Below, one piece after another: positions 1 to 9,834 of a stretch of 64,000 nt of DNA. Below the pieces are notes generated by a model that ran no database searches, was not told the DNA's origin, and was given only the letters and a program-made list of their open reading frames with translations. The position numbers and the translations under genes are program-made. This DNA is from Naegleria gruberi (Eukaryota), in assembly GCA_000004985.1 (NCBI GenBank), contig GG738921.1. One strand, written 5' to 3'. The number at the start of each line of letters is the position of its first letter. Positions within the stretch are counted from its first letter, which is position 1.

Positions 1-1654
1 AATTTTAGCCTCGTCGTATCTACCTTTTAATTCCTTAAAGGATGACTCTATTTTTGAGTAGTCTATCAGTAACTGGGTATATTGTACCTTGATACTCTCC
101 TTTTCCTTGTCATCTCCATTCTTTAAACTCAAATTTTTAAACTCCTTTTCATAATTTTGAACAAATGCTTCCAGCTCTCGTCTCTTTCTAACTTCAATGT
201 TTAACCTTTGTTCCATGTCATCGTACTCTGCTGTTAGAATAGCCATTTCCTTTAGTGTTTGTTCCACACTTTCTTGCTTAATTTTCTGCACTTGTTCTTC
301 TGTATATATCACTATTTCTGGTGGTGGTGAGGTAGACATATCCTTCCTCTCAACAATTGTGGTCTTCTCCTCAACCTTAAAGTCTGTCAAAAAATATGGA
401 TCCAAAGGAGAGAATTGAGGTGGTTGGTTACACTGTTTGTCTTTTGGTGTAGATTGCTCAATCTCCTCAAAGTTTCTGGTTTCAGTTTTTACAATTAACT
501 TTGGTGTTGCAGGTCTATCATGGAGCTCAATCTTTGGAAGATCGAAAGAGGTGTTGACTTCTGGTTCTTGAATTTTGATCATTTCGGATAAACTTGAAGG
601 TTGGTCAGAAATTGATGACGTAGAAGTAGTTGAGGAAATTGATGAATTTGATACATTTGTTTTAATATCCTCTCCTTTTTCCAATAGATATTCCAAATTT
701 GTTATTGCTGTTTTGATATCTTCATTTTCTTCTCTTTTCAGTTTCTTTAAACATTTGATGATGGTGTCTCGGTTGAAAATATCTGCCCTTTGTTTTTGAA
801 GATTGTAAACTGAAACTAAGGCTGAGCGTTTTGTTTCAATATTTCCTTGATAGGAAACGTCATCCAAATACTCCTCAAACAATCCATATGATACAATTCC
901 GATAGATCCGTTGACATTTTGAATTTCCTCAAGACAACCTCTGCAAGATGATGATATCGAGTCAATTATTGAGAAGGTTCCTTTCAATAGAGGTTTTAAC
1001 AATATAGCGTTCAATACCTCAAAATCCTCATCCAACAACCTAACAATCGATACAATTACATCACACGAAGCCTTGACGATTGAAGACCTTAAATCCGAAA
1101 GCTGCAAAACTCATTATACAACACAACATTATCCTATAACTTACCATAATCGATAATGGTTCTTGAATAGATATGGCAATTTCAAGTGCTTTTTTCTTTG
1201 ATATTGTTCCTGAAGTGAGTACATCATCCAACTCTTGCAGACAATCTAACTTTGTTGACCAATGTGTTTCCAGTGATTGGAGACTCGTTATGCAACCCCT
1301 CTCAGTCTCTGTTATATTTTCTGGTTCAATATCTATCACTCTGCTCGAATTTATATTTTGATGATTATCAAAGGCTCCGAAGCTAGCTCCCTCAATTAAA
1401 GGACTCTCCTAAAACAATTCCTTAAATACACCAAAAACATAACTTCAACTTACCGATGATTCATCCAGTGGAGAATGATCAAAAAACGACTGTGCAGTTG
1501 CACTCTGATTTCTACTTATTACAAGTAGTCTCGATTTCAATTCCTCTGATGATGAGGGCGTAGTCATGCTGACTGAGGAGGACGTTATTTTTTTGATTAA
1601 ATAATTTCGCGCCCAATTTATTGTATGTTGTTCATATTCCTGGCCGCTGTTCAT
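1..1654 (-). CDS. Partial multi-exon gene whose 3' end lies beyond the window. Hypothetical protein with a coiled-coil-rich C-terminal part and an ARM/HEAT-like middle part.
   Basis: ATG at 1652-1654 on the minus strand. Minus-strand introns with GTAAGT donors: one at about 1409-1453, and one from about 1099 to about 1143-1148 (GTAAGT = revcomp 1143-1148; exon 2 ends at about 1149 with ...TCGATTATG). The long open minus-strand frame below 1100 encodes heptad-like EEQVQKIKQESVEQTLKEMAILTAEYDDMEQRLNIEVRKRRELEAFVQNYEKEFKNL. Plus-strand ORFs at 197-418 and 575-799 are antisense to it. Confidence 0.5.
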
Positions 1655-2425
1655 TTACATCAATAAGATCCATCACACAACCTCAAAAGAAGAAGTGAGA
1701 AAGGACATTGGGTTGTGATGGAGTATATTGCTTAGTAAAAGGCTTGAATTTTGATTCAACTTTCAAAATAGTAAACCTTAATGAAAATATATTTTGTAAC
1801 AACAAACCACTTGCTCACAATGAGATTGATAATAAAATCATTTCCAATAAATTAGTATTATTGCAACAAATTGACCAATTAAAGCCCATAAAAAGAAAGG
1901 GCAACATTGATAGAGAAGAACTTGAAATGTTTATTTTAATCGACCATCTGCCTTCTTCAAGAAAGGTTTCCGATTACAGTGTGGTTGACCTCATTAAAAT
2001 TTTATAAACGAAACCTCTTTGGAATTTCCCTCTTCTTTTCCCGTATGTCAGTGCACACAGTTTGACCGTTTATCGTTCGTTGTATCTTTAAAATAAAAAT
2101 TGGCGAAAGCAATCATCACTTTATATTGACAAGGAACGAGTGATTCACTAGTTGACGACAATTTGGTCAGTTCATGAACAATACTCAACAACAAAATAGC
2201 ACAAACTTTTCATTTAGTTTTATAGTGAGAGCATATTGTCAATATATTCAATTCCTCCCTCTTCAACCTTCTCAATCATCATACGCTAAGCTATGAATCA
2301 CACTTTTTCAAATAATAATATTAATAATACAAGAAGAAAATTCATCAATCATCACAATAATAGTGTAGTATTACTTTAAATTAATACTAAGAGAAAAACA
2401 AAAAACAGACATACAGAGAGAGAGA

Positions 2426-2965
2426 ATGGGACAAAATCCTTCTTCACCCTCTCAGAATAATAGCAATCATCTCGTTGCTCATAATCATCATCATCATCAA
2501 CAGCAGCAACAACAACCCCATCATCATCACCATCATCAACATCAACAGTGTGATGTCTTACCGAATTCAACTCATCTAATAGCAGACATTTCAGAGGAAG
2601 AACTTACAACAGATTCAACCTCGGCAACAACACCAACATCATCAACCATGACAGCTTCTCTCTCATCAAATCTTATATCGAGGAGAAGATCCTCTCTCCC
2701 CCATAAATTGAATGACCATAGTACAATGAGTGGAGAACATGATGAAACGAAACGATCCCTTGGTAAAGTATTCAAAAGTGCCACACATTTAAACGCTCAT
2801 GAAGATATTGAGAATTATTCATTGGGAAAACAATTGTGGGAGGTTGAAAAAGCAAGTAATAGTTGTAGTAGTGATGAGAGTCAGCAGCAGCAGCAGCAAC
2901 AAGACTCCCATCACGAGAGTCCAGCAATGATAATATGCCAGACTCCAAGAAATACGAAAATTTAA
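2426..2965 (+). CDS. PolyQ/polyH-rich ORF. It may be the 5' part of the next gene, or a separate small gene.
   Basis: Starts MGQNPSSPSQ... (an N-myristoylation-like MGxxxS), followed by coding CAT/CAA runs. It is in the same frame as the 3284 ORF. The intervening frame-1 ORF (2935..3273) is also codon-like. No GT-AG intron links them. Confidence 0.4.
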   Translation: MGQNPSSPSQNNSNHLVAHNHHHHQQQQQQPHHHHHHQHQQCDVLPNSTHLIADISEEELTTDSTSATTPTSSTMTASLSSNLISRRRSSLPHKLNDHSTMSGEHDETKRSLGKVFKSATHLNAHEDIENYSLGKQLWEVEKASNSCSSDESQQQQQQQDSHHESPAMIICQTPRNTKI

Positions 2966-3283
2966 ATATCAAATCGAAACGAAACAATACTCTACCACTA
3001 ACAATAACTGCTAAGGAGAATGAATCACCAGTTCATCGCTCGAATACTCATCCTCATCTTTCCTCTCGCAATTTTCAAGATCACCAACAACAACCTGTAA
3101 CATATTCCAATAATCTCAATACTCCAAATTCTGCCACCTACAAAACTTCCCAGAAATTAATCAAACTAAAGCCATTTTCTACACCAGATTTGAAAAGGAG
3201 TGCACTTTTAAATAGTAGGAACAATCAAGAGGAAGTAAGTGTATTTAATTTGATTTCTAATAGTTTCGAATAATTTCGAATAG

Positions 3284-4612
3284 ATGAATGGAGTAGATAC
3301 AGATACTTTAACACCTACAGTGAGTGACGATATTTCATTTAATTCATCATCTGTCTATTCTCCACCACAACATGCCAATTCTTTCAGAAATAGTGTCCTC
3401 TCAACAACAAGTAGTGCCAGTGGAGGATCCAACAATAATCACAATAATAGTCTCATCAATTCTCTTTTCCCATCTCTTCCGGTTGACAGGACTAAAATGA
3501 CTGATGAGGAATTTACTGTCTACAAGGAGGTTGTCAGTAAACCAGTTTATGAAAAAATTCTGAAAAGTAAACCTCTGACAGCTAAATGTGGATTCAATGA
3601 AGAGTATATGAAAGAGTTTGCTTTTGAACTTTCTGATGAGGAAGAATTGAAAAATACCTATCTCACAACAGACTGGGTTGAAACAGCAAAACTCCTCCAA
3701 AGAACAAGAAGTATCGACGAGACCACTCTCAATCTTGACCCAAAAACTCTACTCGAACCAATAATTAATACAGTTTCTAAACGTGATTCTCTCTCCTCTA
3801 TTGAAGAGGAAGTGAAGAAAATTGTAATGGAAGAACAAGAGGTTCTCAAACAAGAAATCAAAATCAAGCTAATAATTACTGAAATTGCAAATGCACCTAC
3901 AAAAACTCTGAGACAATTTCTTTCTCCTGTTTTGCACAAGATGAATGTTCTACCAGAGATTGGTTGGTTTCACTCTGCTATTCTCGTAGGGAAGTGGAGA
4001 CTTGACTTTAATGATAGTAGTGTAGTAATACCGAGAAAGCTTGTTAGTCAGGCTGCTGTTATTACTACAGACATTGAAACAATTAGTACATTGGAGGATC
4101 TCAATAGAGTGATTGATGGCATGTCGAGATGCATTTGTAAATGGAATAGAAATATAACGTATAAACAAACTGGAGGAGATAGAATTAACACAGGGAACTG
4201 TCAGGATTTTGTGGAAGATTTGTTGGATAGTATTGGAGTTAAAATGAATCTTTCTGGAAGTATGAAGAAATTTGTAAAACGTTTGAGAAAGACAGGAAAG
4301 TGTTCCCTTGTCTTTGAAATGGATAAGAGATTCAGAGAATATTTTGGAATGGAATCTAAACGGGTGAAGTTCAAATCACACGAACAATTAGATTTGTTTG
4401 TGAGAAAATTACTTGACAAGTGTCCAAATTTTGCTCAAGAATTCAATGATGAATGGATACTCTTACAAAGTTTTGATAGAACCTACTGGTTGAAACACAT
4501 TACGTACACTCACATTGAAGAGTATAAACCATGCAAGGTCATTAGAGATAATAAGGGAGTTTCCGATTGTCCATTTCACGAACCCGAGTTCACTAACTTG
4601 CTTAAAGACTAG
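3284..4612 (+). CDS. Papain-like thiol-enzyme-fold protein of the PPPDE/DeSI or NC-domain (LRAT/HRASLS-like) type.
   Basis: A true ATG at 3284 preceded by an in-frame TAG. The C-terminal half contains WFHSAILVGKW (the His box) and, about 75 residues later, GNCQDFVEDLL (an NCxxF Cys box). This matches the His/Cys dyad spacing of PPPDE and NC-domain families. Confidence 0.55.
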   Translation: MNGVDTDTLTPTVSDDISFNSSSVYSPPQHANSFRNSVLSTTSSASGGSNNNHNNSLINSLFPSLPVDRTKMTDEEFTVYKEVVSKPVYEKILKSKPLTAKCGFNEEYMKEFAFELSDEEELKNTYLTTDWVETAKLLQRTRSIDETTLNLDPKTLLEPIINTVSKRDSLSSIEEEVKKIVMEEQEVLKQEIKIKLIITEIANAPTKTLRQFLSPVLHKMNVLPEIGWFHSAILVGKWRLDFNDSSVVIPRKLVSQAAVITTDIETISTLEDLNRVIDGMSRCICKWNRNITYKQTGGDRINTGNCQDFVEDLLDSIGVKMNLSGSMKKFVKRLRKTGKCSLVFEMDKRFREYFGMESKRVKFKSHEQLDLFVRKLLDKCPNFAQEFNDEWILLQSFDRTYWLKHITYTHIEEYKPCKVIRDNKGVSDCPFHEPEFTNLLKD

Positions 4613-4753
4613 GCTTTGATATTTGAATCAATTTTGTAAGAAAAATTGAACAAACTCTATTGTGTTTCTTTACATAAAGAATATTAATCACGAAATACTG
4701 TTAATTATTGATCAACATTGTTAATATTATATTATTAAATAGAGAAAGAAAAA

Positions 4754-4966
4754 ATGGAACAAGACAAAACAACCAAAGACACAACAATCAACAATAACAT
4801 TGCAGAGGATGATTTTGAAGACGAGGAGATTCCTTCCGATGAATACTACGACAGAATGTATCAACAAAATGTTCATAAATATTTGAAAGAAAAGGAAGAA
4901 TTTTACAAAAAGCAACAAGACAAGTTAGCTTGTTCCGAACCACAAGAAAAAAAGATTAAAAAGTAA
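4754..4966 (+). CDS. Small acidic protein (70 aa), hypothetical.
   Basis: ATG in A-rich context. K/E/D-rich with codon-like composition. No homolog recognised. Confidence 0.3.
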   Translation: MEQDKTTKDTTINNNIAEDDFEDEEIPSDEYYDRMYQQNVHKYLKEKEEFYKKQQDKLACSEPQEKKIKK

Positions 4967-5000
4967 AGCCTTCATAGCTGCATCTCTACTATTCATCATT

Positions 5001-5609
5001 ATGAAGAAGGCTAATTACGGACTTGCAAAATGTGATTATACACATTGGATAATTATTTGTACCATTGATTGTGATTGCAAATTAACAGATAATCAAATTA
5101 AAACAGGCTTGGAACAATTCGAGAAAATTTCGATTAGTAAATGTAAAGACATTCCAATGCAAAACGGAAGGAGAAGAATTTTGCTAGATCTTGCCACAGA
5201 ACAGAATTATTATTACTTTTTAAACTTATTTACAAGGAAAAGTAATTTTAGCATGCAAGGCCTAACAATTTATTTGAGTGGACAAGGAATTGCAGACGAT
5301 ACCAATCAAGTTAAAAACCTAGTTGCCTATCTCAAAGGTAAATTGGCAACACTAAAGAGATATCAAGATAATTTTGATTTAGTTGTTTCAGAGCAGAATG
5401 ATGATTGGCAAAATAAGAAGGAAGAAAACAACATTGACGAATTTACTGAACTCTATGAAACTTTGAAAAGCTCTAACTCAAACTATGAATCCAATCTCAA
5501 GAAGGAGGTAAATACACTTCTCCACTCAATGTATCCCTCTGCTTTCACTCCTAACTCAACCACAACTCAAATAACCTGTCTCAAAACTGGAATAACACGA
5601 AAATTCTAA
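5001..5609 (+). CDS. Hypothetical protein (202 aa).
   Basis: Uninterrupted ORF with typical codon usage. No recognisable domain. Confidence 0.35.
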   Translation: MKKANYGLAKCDYTHWIIICTIDCDCKLTDNQIKTGLEQFEKISISKCKDIPMQNGRRRILLDLATEQNYYYFLNLFTRKSNFSMQGLTIYLSGQGIADDTNQVKNLVAYLKGKLATLKRYQDNFDLVVSEQNDDWQNKKEENNIDEFTELYETLKSSNSNYESNLKKEVNTLLHSMYPSAFTPNSTTTQITCLKTGITRKF

Positions 5610-5915
5610 ATGCCTCAAACTCACTCCCATCCACCTTCCACCTCAATAAGTTAAATTATTCTCAACATTAAAGAGATAATTGTAGAATTATTGCTAATCA
5701 CGTTATCGGAAAAATCAACAATTAAAATTTTATTTTAAAAAAACGAAAAAATTGTTGTCCAATAATTTGATTGGTGCGTTGCAAAGACATAACATTACAC
5801 GTAATCACCACATCATCATCATTTGTTTTTCGTTCAAACCAACGAATCTATTTTAAATTGGATTGATTTGTGGACAATCAACAATTATCTTCATCATCAT
5901 TAATTTATTCGGAAA

Positions 5916-8636
5916 ATGTCGAAAAATCCTTCACAACAACAACAACAACCAGAACACACAATTCAACTCAGTGATAAAGTTGATCAGGTTCTTGAGGAGG
6001 TGCTTCCACAGAGAGATCCTTTCGATTCGAGTTTCTTTGATCCTGTTCATTATATAAATCTTCGTTTCCCTAACGAACAAGCCTTGAATGAAGGTCTTGA
6101 ATCATCCATCATAAAAGTCAAGAAGAAGATTCAACGTGTCGATGAAGATATCCTTGTTGCTGTTCGTAAACAAAGCTCTTCTGGTGTTCAGGCAAGGAGA
6201 GACTTGGAGGAAGCAAGAGAAACCATTCAAAGTTTGTTTAAAAAGATTAACGAAATTAAGTCTAAAGCTGAACAATCCGAACAAATGGTACAAAACATCA
6301 CAAAGGATATTAAATCACTTGACTATGGTAAGAGAAATCTTACTGTTACAATGACTACATTGAAGAGACTTCACATGTTGGTGTCGGCTGTGGATAAGTT
6401 AACACTCTACACACAAAAGAAACAATACAAACAAGTTGCGGAATTATTGGAAGCTGTCAATGAGTTGTTGGCTAATTTTGAAAAGTACAAATCTAGCATT
6501 CCTAAAGTTCAAAATTTATTTATGAGATTTGAAAGTGTTAAAAAGTCACTTCGTGATCAATTGTTCCAAGATTTTAAGAGTTTGGACGCTCACAAAAATT
6601 CAGGTAGAGAAAACGTACAACAACTGTTATCAGAGGCTTGTTTGGCTGTGGATGCTCTTGGAGATTCTATTAGAACTGAACTTATTTCTCAATTTGTTAA
6701 AAATAGAGCATTGCATGTCTATGATATGACATTCAGAGAAGGAAAAGAAGAAAGTAAATTGGAAAGAATTGCAGACAGATACAAATGGCTCATGAAAGTT
6801 TTGAAATCCTATCAAGAACAATTTGGAGATATCTTCCCTAGTTTTTGGTCAGTTCCACAAGAAATTACTGTTGAATTCAGTTTAATGACTAGACAAGCTA
6901 TTGTTCAAATGCTCCAAAGAGGAAACAATGTTTCTGGTAAAACTTTATATACAGTAATCTTGTCAACAATCAAGTTTGAACGTGACATGCAAGAGAGATT
7001 TTATGATCCAGACGAATCTGAAATTTTGGTAGATCTTCAACAACAAAAGAGACAACTTGATCAAGAAGAAAAGCTCTTAAAAGAGGCAGGTCAAAAATTA
7101 CAAGAGGGTAGTCCTGAAGCCAATGACAATCTGAAAAAACAATTCAAGATTATGATCAAACGTAGAGAACTTGAAAAGGTTGAAAATGATATTACTAAAA
7201 CATCAACTCTTGATTCCTTATTGAAAGAGGGTGATGGATCAGCTAGTGGCATTAAAGAAGTTGAAAAGGCAAAGAAGAAACCAAAGAATAAGTATAACTT
7301 TATTGGTTTTATTAGTAGTTGTTTCGAGGAACATATGAGTGTATATATTGAATATGAAGAAGAGTCAATGAGAGAAACTCTTTCAAATATTATCCAAAAA
7401 GAAACTTGGGACATGAACAGCGAATACAGCAGTAGTCAAGATTTGTTCATGTACATTGTGGAATCTATGAAGTCATGCAGTGCTTTATCTAAAAAGAAGA
7501 CCCTCTATGACTTGGTTGAGAAGGTATTCAAAAAGTATCTTGCTGAGTATGCTGGCATTCTTACTAACAAATTACCAAAAATTCAATCTATTGCTTCTTT
7601 AAATTCCAACGCTCCAAATAATGCTGCATCAGGAAATTCTAGTGTTTCGTCACCTGTTGCTGGTGGTTCTGGTGCCTCCTCATTCATTCGTAGTTTGGGT
7701 ATGTCAAATATTTTACCAACAGAAACCTTCTCCGATAAGAAGATTAAGCTTACTGATAGAGAAGAAATGGTTGTATTTTACATTATTAATAGTGCTGACT
7801 ACTGTCAACAAAACATTGAAATGGTACAAGATGAATTGAAAGAAACTCTTCAAGAACCATATTGTGACCAAGTTGACCTTTCTGAAGAACAAGGTCAATT
7901 CTACCATGTTTTGAAGAGTGGTATTGAGGTTCTTGTACATAACTTGATGAATGTCATGGAAAAACAATTTTCTGAAATGATTTCTGTTGCATGGGGTAGT
8001 ATGGATACTGTCGGAGATCAATCTCCTTTCATTTCTGTTATCATGCAAACTCTCAAAGATGCTATACCATTCTTGGCTAAGGCACTTCCTATTACTCACT
8101 TTAAATTCTTCTGTGACAATTTTGTATTGTCATTTATGGCAAACTATATCAACAATATTTACAAGTGTAAGAAGATTTCACTAATGGGAGCTCAACAATT
8201 GTTGGTCAACTCTAGGTCACTTGTAAAATATAGTATTAGAGAATTAATTAATTTGGGTGATAATACAAGATTTGATGAGGATGATTTGGCAAGTTTTGCA
8301 AGGAAAGTTGATGGAAAGGCCCAAAAAATTGAATGTATTTTACGTACCTTATCTGCTCCAAATGATTTGATTGCTGAGACTTATATTAGTCTTGCTCCAA
8401 ACGACCATTCTTTACCTGAACTCACAAAGATTTTGGAATTGAAAGAATTACAAAAGAATGAAAAACAACAAATTCTTGAAGGTTATCAAAAAGAATTAAG
8501 GAAGAGACAAGGTGGAGATGCCAAAGATGCACCTCAAGCTAGTGCTATTGGTACAGCAACAAAGAAAATGGAACAAGCAACAAGTGCTATCATGACTTCA
8601 AGTAAGAGCTTTATCAAAAAGTTTACTAAGGATTAA
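5916..8636 (+). CDS. vps53: VPS53, a GARP-complex subunit. Single exon, 906 aa.
   Basis: The N-terminal region matches the Vps53 N domain: DPVHYINLRFPNEQALNEGLE...VQARRDLEEARETIQSLFKKINEIKSKAEQSEQMVQNITKDIKSLDYGKRNLTVTMTTLKRLHMLV...KKQYKQVAELLEAVNELLANFEKYK. This aligns with human VPS53 DPVEHINAIFP...[39 protein letters not shown]. Confidence 0.9.
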   Translation: MSKNPSQQQQQPEHTIQLSDKVDQVLEEVLPQRDPFDSSFFDPVHYINLRFPNEQALNEGLESSIIKVKKKIQRVDEDILVAVRKQSSSGVQARRDLEEARETIQSLFKKINEIKSKAEQSEQMVQNITKDIKSLDYGKRNLTVTMTTLKRLHMLVSAVDKLTLYTQKKQYKQVAELLEAVNELLANFEKYKSSIPKVQNLFMRFESVKKSLRDQLFQDFKSLDAHKNSGRENVQQLLSEACLAVDALGDSIRTELISQFVKNRALHVYDMTFREGKEESKLERIADRYKWLMKVLKSYQEQFGDIFPSFWSVPQEITVEFSLMTRQAIVQMLQRGNNVSGKTLYTVILSTIKFERDMQERFYDPDESEILVDLQQQKRQLDQEEKLLKEAGQKLQEGSPEANDNLKKQFKIMIKRRELEKVENDITKTSTLDSLLKEGDGSASGIKEVEKAKKKPKNKYNFIGFISSCFEEHMSVYIEYEEESMRETLSNIIQKETWDMNSEYSSSQDLFMYIVESMKSCSALSKKKTLYDLVEKVFKKYLAEYAGILTNKLPKIQSIASLNSNAPNNAASGNSSVSSPVAGGSGASSFIRSLGMSNILPTETFSDKKIKLTDREEMVVFYIINSADYCQQNIEMVQDELKETLQEPYCDQVDLSEEQGQFYHVLKSGIEVLVHNLMNVMEKQFSEMISVAWGSMDTVGDQSPFISVIMQTLKDAIPFLAKALPITHFKFFCDNFVLSFMANYINNIYKCKKISLMGAQQLLVNSRSLVKYSIRELINLGDNTRFDEDDLASFARKVDGKAQKIECILRTLSAPNDLIAETYISLAPNDHSLPELTKILELKELQKNEKQQILEGYQKELRKRQGGDAKDAPQASAIGTATKKMEQATSAIMTSSKSFIKKFTKD

Positions 8637-8667
8637 ACGTTTCTGTTAATATTATATTACAATTTCT

Positions 8668-9761
8668 CTATTTGTTTAACCAAGCATGTGGAGGTATTTT
8701 TCCTGATTCACGAGCATTCACATAGAGTTCCCAAGCTTTTTCAGGATTATAGTTGGCCTCTGATAGACAAATAACAGTAAACTCTCTCGTGAGACCAGAT
8801 AAGGATGAAAACTTTTGTATCAGTTCCTCTTCTGGAGAAATGTTATGGTGTTGATGATTCTGGTGGTGAATCGATGGCTGTTGTTGTGGCTGTGGACTGG
8901 AATAATCTGAATCATGATAATTCTTAGATGAATAGATACTGTTAAGGCGTTCTTCTGCCTCTTTGGATGAAAAACTTAGGTTAGAATTGTTATACGAACT
9001 ATTATACGAAATATTCGAATTATAGTATTCCTCTTCTTCCTCTTGTTCCTCTTCATGATATTCAGGTGAAGAATGTGAAACATTTTTGGAACTGCTACTA
9101 CTAGAAGGTTTAGAAGACTTAGCATGTTTTTCCTCCTGCTTTTTCTTGGATTCTCTTTTCACTTCATTTGCAAGATATAGCAATACATAATTCCTCATCT
9201 TGTCAACTTCCTCCCATTCATGACTCTTCTCTGGAATTAATTCCAATAACCTCTGAATACTATCAATATATCGATACGTATCCCTCAAAGTAAAATGATT
9301 TTGATGAGCCCACTTATTTCTACAATTCCTAGCTTCAAATAATAAATTCCTATCCGTATTAGTCAACCATCTATTTCCCGCAGCAAACGCATCATTCCAA
9401 TGTCGTTGTATAACTCCAATAATATTCTGTGTATCCCAAGCACTTGATGCTGATAAATTAACATTAAATCTCGGAGCAGATGAAGATGATCCTCTTCCAA
9501 ATGTTGTAGCACTCATATAATCACCTCCCTGATCTTGATTACTTGCTGCTTTTTCTACAATTTCCTTCCAGCCTTCTCCATACTCTTCGGACAAGGCTGT
9601 TTTCACCAGAGGTTCATAAATTCTATTAAAATACTTTAAACACCTTCCGATAATATCGTGAATCTAAAATGTAACTTCCGTTTTGATCAAAAAGAGTCTT
9701 TAATATTACATCATACCTTTTGTTGATCGAGAGTTTCATCCTTCTTGTCGTGTTTTCCCAT
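8668..9761 (-). CDS. Protein with a HEPN-like Rx4-6H motif and a C-terminal TAP-C (NXF1 C-terminal, UBA-like) domain. Two exons: join(8668..9663, 9717..9761).
   Basis: Exon 1 encodes MGKHDKKDETLDQQK. The intron is 9664-9716 on the minus strand (GTATGA...TTTTAG). Exon 2 is in frame (996 nt). The motif LLFEARNCRNKWAHQNHF (encoded near 9305-9345) fits the HEPN Rx4-6H signature. The C-terminus ELIQKFSSLSGLTREFTVICLSEANYNPEKAWELYVNARESGKIPPHAW matches the TAP-C consensus (...TgMnlewskkCLeennWdlekAlqlF..lkakgkIPpeAF). Confidence 0.7.
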
Positions 9762-9834
9762 TTTTTTTAAAAATTTAAATTTAAAAATAGTATTTTAACT
9801 ATTTAATAATTATTGAAAAGATTACAATATTAAA

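Noticed and set aside
197-799. Plus-strand ORFs 197..418 and 575..799.
   Set aside because: They are antisense to a multi-exon minus-strand gene whose reverse-strand frame is long and codon-like. The plus ORFs are Ser/Phe/Cys-rich junk.
1708-2007. 99-aa plus-strand ORF between the first gene and the MGQNPS gene.
   Set aside because: It has no recognisable features. It lies in the likely promoter/5' region of neighbouring genes. Composition is borderline. It is too weak to call.
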